From Chthoniobacterales bacterium (GTDB lineage Bacteria; Verrucomicrobiota; Verrucomicrobiia; Chthoniobacterales; UBA10450): a stretch of DNA of 64,000 bases. Both the position numbers and the translations under genes were made by a program. The stretch is from the NCBI GenBank assembly GCA_036270275.1, contig DATBCV010000019.1, positions 10,883-74,882 of the forward strand, in the 5' to 3' direction. This document shows, in pieces, positions 54,801 through 62,465 of the stretch. Under the pieces are notes generated by a model. It saw only the letters and a program-made list of their open reading frames with translations, had not been told where the DNA came from and did no database searches. Positions within the stretch are counted from its first letter, which is position 1, and every line of letters begins with the position of its first letter.

Positions 54801-57683
54801 GTAAGGCAAAGCCGAAATGAGGACCGTGGTCGTGCTCGTCACGCTCCGGCCGCCTTCGGCTTCAAATCCTTCCGCGATGAATCGCATCGAGTAAGTCGCA
54901 TCCGCAAAGCGCTCGAGTTGCAGATCAAACTGCGTCTGCCCCGCGCTATCGGTTTTGTTTTCGCCGAGCTCGATCGTTTGTTCGGTGCGTTCTTTCTTTG
55001 GATCGTGGAGCGGATCGAAAAAAGTGTAATCGCGGAACTCAGGAAAGGAGAAGGCCGTCGGCATCAGCTCGATTTTGGAAACGATGCGGCGCTCGGTTGC
55101 CGGTGTGCCATAGAGATTCGCGAGCGAAACAGTCGCGCGCATTTCCTTCGGCTGAATCCAACCCTTCGGCGAAGTTTGCGACAGACGAGTGTCGATCTTC
55201 ATCCGGTCGGGCAAAAATTCTTTGATGTTCGCAGTTGTGCCACCGAGAAGCGTCGAGCGTTTGCTGTTCTTAACTAGATAAACGTTGAAGGTATAGAGAC
55301 CGGTCGCCGATTCGTTCGCGGTTTGGTAAACGAAGTCGACAAAAGCGGAATCGGGTAAATTGATCTTGCGCGTTTGCACGCTGTGACCGCGCGCGTCGAT
55401 CACTTCGGTCTCGAGCGGCAAGCCTTTGAGGTTCCCCTGCCAGTTTCGTTGCTTAACGGCGAGCGCGATGTGAACTTCGTCGCCCGGCCGATAAACACCG
55501 CGCTCGGTGAAGACGAACGCGTCGAGATTTTCCGGGAGCACGCTGTCGACGCCATCAATGTCGAACCTGGAAAAGTTCAGTTGTCGATCTTCGCGCGCGT
55601 AAGGAATGAATGAAACGTCGTCACCGTTGCGCGCGACAAACGCGACCGGCAATTTTTCGCGCAGCGATTTGTCGACGGACGTGAATGCGCAGCGACCATT
55701 GCCGTCGCTCGTCGCGGTTTGCAGCGGGATGCCGTTCTTGCCGAGAAGATCGACAACCACGTTCGCGAGCGGCTTGCCTTCTTTGATCGACATCAGAAAA
55801 ACGTCGTGACTGCCGTCCGCGTTTTTCTTTGTCAGAATTCCAATGTCGGTGACGAGAATGAAACGCGAATCACGAACGTCGATTAACTTCTTCTTTTCCG
55901 GGTCCCAACCCTGCGCGCTCAGGAAAAACAGACCGCGCTCGCTGCCGCCATCGGCCGGTTTGCGAAGATGCTCGCTGAAATCGAACGCGGAATAATTGGC
56001 TTTCCATTTATTCTCCAGCGCGATGTTCTGCCGCTCGGTCGCGATGCGCGAAATATTTTCCTTGTTGAAGTACCCGGCATTCGCAAAGAGCGGCGATTCG
56101 AATTTGCCCTCAGTCTGGCTAACCAGATGATTGATCTGCGTGGTCGCGACGCGGCTGATTTCAAAGTCGATCGTGCTGAGAGCGCGCGAACGGATCGACA
56201 GCTTCTTTTCGCCATTCAATGCCAGCACTCCGCCCTCGCCTTCAATCTGGACTTCACGCGGCAATGACGGCACTGCCACGACGGCGTCGTAGTCATCGCT
56301 CAGCGGATAATCGCCCGCGGCGCGAACACCTTTTTTCACGCGCACGTAAAGCTCGCCGTCGGTCTCGACCCGAACGCGAAACGCGTGTTGTCGATCTTGC
56401 GCTTTTTCCGAGGGCAATGCTTGAAACTTGATTGATTTCGCCTCGTCGAGAATTTCATCCGGAACTGCGTCCGCGCTTTTCCAAAGCTCGACTTCTTTCA
56501 ACTGCGAGCCAATTTCTTCGCCAGATTCACTCTCGTCCGGCGTCGTTGTCGGAGTCGGTGACGCTTCGTCGGTTTCATCGGAGTTATCGACCTCTGCTTC
56601 TTTCTCTTCATCCGAGGCTTTGCGCTTCGGGAGCAACTTCAGCTCAAGCGCTTTGGCGAGATCGCGCGTGCTGATGTCGCTCGTGGTGTTAAGCACGATC
56701 AACTGCTCCGGCTCGCCGTTTTTATTTCGCGCGATCGTCGTTTCGATCGAATCGATCTTGAACATCGAAGCGACGGACGGGATTTGAACCTTTTGCTCGA
56801 GATCGGTCTTGTATTGCGCGCCGCCCTGAGCGGTGCGGACGCCTTTGTTCAAAATCAATTTCGCGAAGTCGTCCCGCTCCGGCAGCACAACCGGCGAGCT
56901 CTGGAGATAAGCCACTCGTTGATGCAAACCGAAAGTGATTTTGAAATGCGGCGCGGGATCGCTCGCGGCAAAGAGATTTGCCCCGCTAACGGTCGCGAAG
57001 CGCAGATGTCGATCCAACTCGCCCGCGTCGACCGCGTGCGTCAGCTCGATGGTCGCAGTGAGCGCTCGCTGAGTTGAATTCGCTGGGTCCTGATAAAGCT
57101 CGAGCTTTTTGATCGCGATCCCGAACGGCGGCGTCTGCGTTTCGTAAACGAAACGCTCTATTCGCACCTGGGTCGGGAAAAATTTCTTGTCGAAAATGAC
57201 TCGGAACTTCGTGTCGGCCGGCCAATCTTCGGTCGGTTCGAAAACAAGGATGTCATCCTTGATCCAGTGCCAGGCGCCGTTGAGATGCGGCCGCAGTTCG
57301 ACTCCCTGAACGCTCGGCTTTTTCAAATCTTCGAGAGGCGCCGCTGATTCGCTAAAGGAAATAATCATGCGCGGAAACTTGAGGTCCTTTTCCAACTTCG
57401 TGACTTCAATCGGCGAGATCTTCGCGGTCACTCGGTGCGGTTTCGGCAGATGCGAATACCAATTCCAGGTCCAGGCGCTCGCGCACAGAATGGCGAGGAT
57501 ACCGGGCGCGATGACTCTTGGATACGCGCGCTCGAGTCTCTTCCAACGTTCGCCGACTTGGCTAAGCCATTGTGGCGGTCGCCATGAAATGTTTCCGAAA
57601 ATCTGCGCTGCGATTCGACGGAAAAAATGGCCGGCGGCCGTGAGCGATTCGAGCGCTTTTAAAAGAGGCGCGGGAGTTTTCAT
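51822..57683 (-). CDS. bacterial alpha-2-macroglobulin (YfhM-like), thioester-containing
   Basis: 1953 aa with an N-terminal membrane anchor, the thioester motif FPYGCSEQ and the canonical pairing with pbpC. Confidence 0.9.
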   Translation of the reverse strand: MKTPAPLLKALESLTAAGHFFRRIAAQIFGNISWRPPQWLSQVGERWKRLERAYPRVIAPGILAILCASAWTWNWYSHLPKPHRVTAKISPIEVTKLEKDLKFPRMIISFSESAAPLEDLKKPSVQGVELRPHLNGAWHWIKDDILVFEPTEDWPADTKFRVIFDKKFFPTQVRIERFVYETQTPPFGIAIKKLELYQDPANSTQRALTATIELTHAVDAGELDRHLRFATVSGANLFAASDPAPHFKITFGLHQRVAYLQSSPVVLPERDDFAKLILNKGVRTAQGGAQYKTDLEQKVQIPSVASMFKIDSIETTIARNKNGEPEQLIVLNTTSDISTRDLAKALELKLLPKRKASDEEKEAEVDNSDETDEASPTPTTTPDESESGEEIGSQLKEVELWKSADAVPDEILDEAKSIKFQALPSEKAQDRQHAFRVRVETDGELYVRVKKGVRAAGDYPLSDDYDAVVAVPSLPREVQIEGEGGVLALNGEKKLSIRSRALSTIDFEISRVATTQINHLVSQTEGKFESPLFANAGYFNKENISRIATERQNIALENKWKANYSAFDFSEHLRKPADGGSERGLFFLSAQGWDPEKKKLIDVRDSRFILVTDIGILTKKNADGSHDVFLMSIKEGKPLANVVVDLLGKNGIPLQTATSDGNGRCAFTSVDKSLREKLPVAFVARNGDDVSFIPYAREDRQLNFSRFDIDGVDSVLPENLDAFVFTERGVYRPGDEVHIALAVKQRNWQGNLKGLPLETEVIDARGHSVQTRKINLPDSAFVDFVYQTANESATGLYTFNVYLVKNSKRSTLLGGTTANIKEFLPDRMKIDTRLSQTSPKGWIQPKEMRATVSLANLYGTPATERRIVSKIELMPTAFSFPEFRDYTFFDPLHDPKKERTEQTIELGENKTDSAGQTQFDLQLERFADATYSMRFIAEGFEAEGGRSVTSTTTVLISALPYVIGCKADGDLRYIDTNKTRVVDLVAVDPQLNRIALGNVTANVIAQEYVSVLTKQESGKFAYESVLKERTTKSEKISVAANGSKYDLPTNEPGNYIFELRDDQDRRLAKVQFSVVGHGAVSKSLEKNSELQVKLDREQYNSGDEIAVSITAPYAGSGLITIERDHVYAQQWFQANSASSVQHIRVPENFEGSGYVNVAFVRALDSKEIFVSPLSYGVVPFTANKEKRRLVLDVKALATAKPGEPLRISYKSDRPSKIVIFAVDQGILQVTNYKTPDPLAFYFRKCTLRVETSQIVDLIIPEFSLLRSVSAYGGGGDIQKLNPFKRVTEKPVVFWSGILDSDTTAREIVYDVPDYFDGTLKIMAVAIANDTVGSNERESLIRGPFVITPSVPVLAAPGDEFETGVTIANNVEGSGQNAEVELRAQPNDRLSIVSGSTQTLRIAEGREQTAIFKFRANEKLGSGEISFFAKANGHETKRRATLSVRPPAPYMTEIHSGSFKDKIDIKLTREMHPEFRKLEASVSAVPLGLARGLDAYLKDFPYGCSEQITSGAFCRLMLADEADFGLSRAEINKQLEHTFGILARRQNDQGAFGYWAPENGEHISFVSAYVMDFLSESKASGFVPPQEMFANGLRNLQKIVARTPQDLNDTRTLAYSIYTLTREGVITTNYILNLRDWLEKNRKEEWLRDITAVYLAGALHLLHKDADAERLIDNYKIADNKMIERWDFCQPLGTNSQYIAVTAREFPARLRKISPEQFQNILRPIGDGEFNTLSSAYAVRALKAYSHAIAQHPLELSISELHKDKIETRLVNGTKALLRADLTDKARGVRFNSAQRLTGPGAFFQIVEAGFDRNVPNEALKNGLEVYREVLGKNSEAASRTKLGEQLHVRIHVRSLNREPITNVAIVDLLPGGFEVVDSSIHTGTGSTPGVDYVDVREDRAVFFVTAPTNALEIDYQIKSDNRGNFIVPPVFAQSMYDRNLKGRGIGGKITVTE

Positions 57684-57758
57684 GAGTGGACTACGTCTAC
57701 CCGCGAATAATCTTTCAACGGACTTTTCCTTCGTGATTCGACCCGCTAAAACGATGGT

Positions 57759-58379
57759 GTGAGAAGCGCAGGATTAGCCACCACGCGACGCAGTTTGGTA
57801 GATCGTCTCGCAAATTGGGACGATCAGCGACGCTGGCAGGAATTTTTCGACACCTATTGGAAATTGATTTACTCGGCCGCGCGCAAAGCAGGCCTCACCG
57901 ATGCCGAGGCGCAGGAGGTCGTGCAGGAAACGGTGATTACCGTCGCCAAGAAGATCGATAAGTTGAAATACGATCCGGCGATCGGTTCCTTCAAAGGCTG
58001 GTTGTTGCAAATCACCCGCTGGCGAATTGTCGATCAATTCCGCAAACGTCAGCCGGGCGATGCGAAACGTCCGCGCGACATCGACGACCGCATGACCGCG
58101 ACAATCGAGCGGGTGCCGGACCCGCGCGTTGTCGATCTTGACGAACTGTGGGAAAAGGAGTGGAAAGAAAACCTGTTCGAAGCGGCGATCACGCGGGCAA
58201 AAAAGAAAGTCGACCCAAAACAGTTTCAAATTTTCGATTGCTACGTGCGCAAGGAATGGCCGGCGCAGAAAGTGGCCGAGCAATTAAAGGTGAGCGTGGG
58301 TCAGGTTTATCTGGCCCGACATCGCGTGGGCGCGGTTTTGAAAAAAGAAATCAAAGCGCTCGAAAAGAAGAATCTGTAG
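57759..58379 (+). CDS. ECF-type RNA polymerase sigma factor
   Basis: 206 aa from a GTG start. Region 2 is AEAQEVVQETVITV...FKGWLLQITRWRIVDQFRKR. The region 4 HTH is LKVSVGQVYLARHRV. Confidence 0.85.
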   Translation: MRSAGLATTRRSLVDRLANWDDQRRWQEFFDTYWKLIYSAARKAGLTDAEAQEVVQETVITVAKKIDKLKYDPAIGSFKGWLLQITRWRIVDQFRKRQPGDAKRPRDIDDRMTATIERVPDPRVVDLDELWEKEWKENLFEAAITRAKKKVDPKQFQIFDCYVRKEWPAQKVAEQLKVSVGQVYLARHRVGAVLKKEIKALEKKNL

Positions 58380-58439
58380 TTGGCCGCCGCCACGGCGGCT
58401 TGAGCCAAGAATTGCCGCTGAGGACAGCGGCCTCTACAG
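58374..58439. repeat. pair of inverted CTGTAG-hairpin repeats
   Basis: The element reads ctgtag-ttg-GCCGCCgccacGGCGGC ... GCCGCTGaggaCAGCGGC-ctctacag. It lies between the sigma stop and the kinase start. Confidence 0.7.
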
Positions 58440-58454
58440 AAACGCTCCCCGGAA

Positions 58455-60953
58455 TTGCCTCTCCTTCACGCTTTATGTAGAATCGCGGCCATCGAAGTTT
58501 CGGCCCAGATTCCAATCATTCCCGATCACGAATTGCTGCGCGTGATTGGGCGCGGCGCTTACGGCGAAATCTGGCTGGCGCGCACGGTGACGGGCGCGCT
58601 GCGCGCGGTGAAAATTGTTTATCGCAGCACGTTCGAAAGTGAGCGCGCGTTTCTGCGCGAGTTCGAAGGCATGTCGGCGTTCGAACCGATCTCGCGCGAG
58701 CACGCCGGATTTGTCGACATTCTGCACGTCGGCCGGACGAGCGAATATCTCTACTACAGCATGGAGCTGGCGGACGATCACGTGGCCGGACGCAAGATCG
58801 ACATCGCGCATTACGAGCCGCGAACTTTGAAGAGCGATCTCGGCCGTCACAAACGTCTGTCCGCGGCGGAATCGATTCGGCTCGGTGTTTCGTTAACGGA
58901 AGCGCTCGACGCGTTGCATTCATGCGGGCTCGCGCATCGCGACATCAAACCTTCCAATATAATTTTCACCGAAGGCGTGCCGAAATTGGCCGATATCGGA
59001 TTGGTCGCGACGAGCGGGCAACAATCGTTCGTCGGAACGGAAGGTTACGTCCCGCCGGAAGGTCCGGGCACGCCGCAGGCGGATCTCTACAGTCTCGGCA
59101 AACTTCTTTACGAAACGTGCACCGGCAAAGACCGGCTCGATTTTCCCGAGATCGATTCGCAATTGAGCCAGCGACCCGACCGCGATCAGCTGCTCCAGCT
59201 CAACAACGTTCTGGTAAAAGCATGCGCGAACGAGCCGAAGAAACGTTACAGCTCGGCCGCGGAAATGAATCGCGATTTGCTCGCGCTCGAGCGCGGCGAA
59301 CGTCCGAGAAAATCGCGCACGGGTTTGCTTCTTGCGATGTTGTCTGTCCTCGCGCTCGCGGCCGCGGGCGTTTGGTTTTGGACGCAACAAAAACAACCGA
59401 GCGCCGGCCTGCATCTGCAGACCGTAATTCGAACCGAGCCGCCCGGTGCGCTCGTCGTCCTGGGCGATCACGCGCAAAAAAGCCCGGCGAGGTTCGAAGA
59501 TCTCGAGCCGCGCAAATATAATGTGCGCATCATGGCGCCGGGTTATGATCCGATCGAAACGACTGTCGATCTCAGTCCGCGCCGCGCGCCGGTGTTGCCG
59601 GCATTTCATTTGGCGCGGAGTAAAGGCGCGCTCGAAATTCAATCGGAGCCGACCGGCGCAGAGTTTTCGATTCGCAGCGAGGACGGTCAGATCTCGCGCA
59701 ACGGAACAACGCCCCAATCGATTGTCGATCTTCCGACCGGAAAATATTCGATCGTGACGCACCGCGGCGATTGGGAAATGCGCGATGAGGTGGAAGTCCA
59801 GCGCGGTCAAAAGGCGAGTAAAGGGTTCGCCTTCGTCAGCTCGATCGCGACCATCACGAGCGAGCCGGCCGGCGCGGAGATTTCGGTGGACGGAAAGTCG
59901 ACCGGGCGAACACCGCTGCGTCTGGAGTTGCCGGCTCGCGCTCATGAATTGACCGCGCATCTCGACGGCTGGCCTAACGAACAACAGAAGATCGACATCG
60001 AACGAGGCCGCGAGAACGCGGCGCATTTCGTTTTCGCCAACGGCAGCGTGAAGATCACGAGCGCGCCGGGCGGGGCGATTGTTTTGGCTAACGGCAGGGA
60101 GCTCGGACCAACGCCCTTGGTGATCGAGGAAGTGAAGCCGGGCGAGGTGAATTACGAACTGCGCTTGAGCGGTTACAAAGCGACGACGATCAACGGCAAG
60201 GTCGAACCGCAGCAGCAAACGTTTCTTGCCGCGCGCTTGGAAAAGAGTGTCGGCCCCGCGCCGGGACAGCCGTTCACGAATTCGCTCGGGATGAAATTTG
60301 TGCCGATGGGCGACGTTCGTATTTCAATTTGGGAAACGCGCGTCCAGGATTATGGGACGTTTGTGCAAGCAACCGGACGCCGTTACGAGCCGCCCGATTT
60401 TCAACAGGCGCCGAATCATCCGATTGTGAAAGCGAACTGGTTCGACGCGCTCGCGTTTTGCAAATGGCTGACGGAAAAAGAACGCGAAGAAAACCTGATC
60501 GAAGATCGACAATCGTATCGTTTGCCGACCGATAAGGAGTGGAGCCAGGCGGTTGGATTGCCAAACGAGGCCGGTTCGACGCCGCAGGCGCGCGACGGAA
60601 AGATCAAAAACGAATTTCCGTGGGGCAAACAATGGCCGCCGCCGTCCAGCGCCGGGAATTATTCAATGTCGCAAAAGCGCGGCGGAACTTTGCCGGTCGG
60701 AAACTTCAAGGCAAACTCGTTAGGCCTGTTTGATCTCGGCGGCAACGTGTGGGAATGGTGCGCCGATACTTACAAAGGCGGAGCGAGCAGTGGCGCGGCG
60801 CGGGATTGGGGCGTACTGCGCGGCGGCTCGTGGGCGACCAAAAATCGGCTCGAAATGCAATCGTCTTATCGCAACGTGATCGATCGGAACGATCGCGACG
60901 TGATTTACGGATTCCGCTGCGTCCTAGCGCCGGAAAGTATCGAAACGCGTTAG
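58455..60953 (+). CDS. Ser/Thr protein kinase with TM helix, PEGA repeats and C-terminal FGE-sulfatase (SUMF1-like) domain
   Basis: Kinase motifs GRGAYGEIWLA and HRDIKPSNIIF are present. A TM helix lies near residue 300. There are four PEGA-like modules. The C-terminus carries GGNVWEWCADTY...LRGGSW. The start codon is uncertain (TTG at 58455). Confidence 0.9.
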   Translation: MPLLHALCRIAAIEVSAQIPIIPDHELLRVIGRGAYGEIWLARTVTGALRAVKIVYRSTFESERAFLREFEGMSAFEPISREHAGFVDILHVGRTSEYLYYSMELADDHVAGRKIDIAHYEPRTLKSDLGRHKRLSAAESIRLGVSLTEALDALHSCGLAHRDIKPSNIIFTEGVPKLADIGLVATSGQQSFVGTEGYVPPEGPGTPQADLYSLGKLLYETCTGKDRLDFPEIDSQLSQRPDRDQLLQLNNVLVKACANEPKKRYSSAAEMNRDLLALERGERPRKSRTGLLLAMLSVLALAAAGVWFWTQQKQPSAGLHLQTVIRTEPPGALVVLGDHAQKSPARFEDLEPRKYNVRIMAPGYDPIETTVDLSPRRAPVLPAFHLARSKGALEIQSEPTGAEFSIRSEDGQISRNGTTPQSIVDLPTGKYSIVTHRGDWEMRDEVEVQRGQKASKGFAFVSSIATITSEPAGAEISVDGKSTGRTPLRLELPARAHELTAHLDGWPNEQQKIDIERGRENAAHFVFANGSVKITSAPGGAIVLANGRELGPTPLVIEEVKPGEVNYELRLSGYKATTINGKVEPQQQTFLAARLEKSVGPAPGQPFTNSLGMKFVPMGDVRISIWETRVQDYGTFVQATGRRYEPPDFQQAPNHPIVKANWFDALAFCKWLTEKEREENLIEDRQSYRLPTDKEWSQAVGLPNEAGSTPQARDGKIKNEFPWGKQWPPPSSAGNYSMSQKRGGTLPVGNFKANSLGLFDLGGNVWEWCADTYKGGASSGAARDWGVLRGGSWATKNRLEMQSSYRNVIDRNDRDVIYGFRCVLAPESIETR

Positions 60954-61460
60954 TTATTTCGCGGCGAGGATTTCGAGGAGACGATCGAGAAAAGGAATTT
61001 GCGCGGGATTCAATTTGCGTCGCGCGATTTCATCGGAGAAAAACTCGGCGCGATCGACTTCCGGAAATTCTCGAAAGTTTCCCGAGTGCGGCGGGAACTC
61101 GAGTTGGAACGTGTTCGACTTCAGCTCGAAATCTTGCGGCAAGTCGCCTTCGAACGCCCATGCGTGAACGGTTTTGCCGCCTTTTTGTTTGATTGAACCG
61201 AGCGGGATCCAATTGCCCGAAGGTTTGTTCCCCAATTCCTCTTCAAATTCAATCTGCGCGCGCGCCAACAAATCTTCGCCGGGCTCAACTTGTCCCTTCG
61301 GGATCGACCACGCGCCATCATCTTTGTTTTTCCAAAACGGTCCGCCGGGATGAACGAGAAGAAATTCGACAATGTCGATCTTTGGCCGCCGAAACATTAG
61401 AAGCCCGGCGCTGACGTTGCTGGTTTTCTTTGGCTTCTGCGACGCGGGCGGATTCACCAC
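60954..61460 (-). CDS. NUDIX hydrolase
   Basis: The Nudix box is GQVEPGEDLLARAQIEFEEELG. The conserved SAGLL N-terminus requires a GTG start at 61460 or 61457. The remainder of the 268-aa track ORF is unlikely to be coding. Confidence 0.8.
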   Translation of the reverse strand: MVNPPASQKPKKTSNVSAGLLMFRRPKIDIVEFLLVHPGGPFWKNKDDGAWSIPKGQVEPGEDLLARAQIEFEEELGNKPSGNWIPLGSIKQKGGKTVHAWAFEGDLPQDFELKSNTFQLEFPPHSGNFREFPEVDRAEFFSDEIARRKLNPAQIPFLDRLLEILAAK

Positions 61461-61495
61461 GCCATTTTCAACGCCAATTCGGCGCGCGTTGCAAG

Positions 61496-62410
61496 TTAGC
61501 GAATTACTCCGAGCGAACCGAGCGTCGCCGCGTCGACAGTGTAAGTGATTGGGAGTCGATGATCGCTTTGATATTGTCCGATCGCGGCGCGAGTTTGCGC
61601 GCCCATTCGGCCGTCGATCGCGAAATTGTAATAACCTTGTTGCTGCAACGCGACCTGCGCACTGGCGATGATTTGTTCGGGCGTGAGGTCGCCATCGCCA
61701 TAGATCGGCTCGTTGTAGCCGTAATAAGAATACGAATCGTAACCCCAGGCCGGATACCACCAGCCGTCAGACCAACCCCACCAACCCCAGTCCCAGAAAA
61801 TGAAGGTGACGCAATGATGCCGCCACCAATCGTGATCGTGATGGTGACGCAAGTTGTTCAGATGATTTTGGCGCGCCTGATTCGCGCTCGAAACGTTTCC
61901 GTTCCAATTGCGCAAACGCGCGGAGCTTTGCGGATCGAGTTTGTGTTTGGCCGCGAGATTGATCGCTCCCGCGTGTTGCGAATTCCCGCCGGTCCGAAGA
62001 TTGCCGCGATTGAGTCGCGTAATTGCGGCGTTTGCCTGAACATTGCCGCTCTTGCCATGGATCGCGGTTGCGTTCGTGTTGTTCGCGAAATTTGCATGCG
62101 CGGAACGTTGCACGCCAGAACCTGCCACCGCCGGATAATTGAAAGTGCGCTGCCCATTTTTGTAGGTCACGGTCGGCCGATAGATCGACATCGGCCGCGC
62201 GCCTTGCGAAATTCCGTTTCCAAAATGTTGAACGCCGCTCAAATGTGGCGCGCCGGCGCTCGGAGTGGCCGGGGCGGAGCCCGATGAGCTGTGGACCGCC
62301 GGGGCGGAATTGCCACCGCCACCACCATGATTGTTGCCTCCAGCTAATGCGGAGAGCGCCGAGAACGCGAGCGCGGCAACGACAACAACGTATGGATTTT
62401 TCATAAACAC
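61496..62410 (-). CDS. secreted protein with a Trp/His-rich segment and a C-terminal peptidoglycan-binding domain
   Basis: A signal peptide and a Gly/Asn-rich region are followed by HHHDHDWWRHH...WDWGWWGWSDGWWYPAWGY. A PG_binding_1-like region QQGYYNFAIDGRMGAQTRAAIGQYQ ends the protein. Confidence 0.6.
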   Translation of the reverse strand: MFMKNPYVVVVAALAFSALSALAGGNNHGGGGGNSAPAVHSSSGSAPATPSAGAPHLSGVQHFGNGISQGARPMSIYRPTVTYKNGQRTFNYPAVAGSGVQRSAHANFANNTNATAIHGKSGNVQANAAITRLNRGNLRTGGNSQHAGAINLAAKHKLDPQSSARLRNWNGNVSSANQARQNHLNNLRHHHDHDWWRHHCVTFIFWDWGWWGWSDGWWYPAWGYDSYSYYGYNEPIYGDGDLTPEQIIASAQVALQQQGYYNFAIDGRMGAQTRAAIGQYQSDHRLPITYTVDAATLGSLGVIR

Positions 62411-62465
62411 GACCTCGACAATGAAACCATTGTAGCGTGCTTTGGTTGCGCTTTGCTACGGTGAT

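Noticed and set aside
53850-55277. 475-aa plus-strand ORF
   Set aside because: It is antisense to the alpha-2-macroglobulin gene, with no motifs.
58920-60218. 432-aa minus-strand ORF
   Set aside because: It is antisense to the kinase/PEGA gene. The translation is Arg-rich with no recognisable motifs.
60954-61760. Full 268-aa track ORF for the NUDIX gene
   Set aside because: The N-terminal 100 residues or so are Arg-rich and overlap the 3' end of the neighbouring gene region. The conserved SAGLL start of this Nudix family fits a GTG at 61460.
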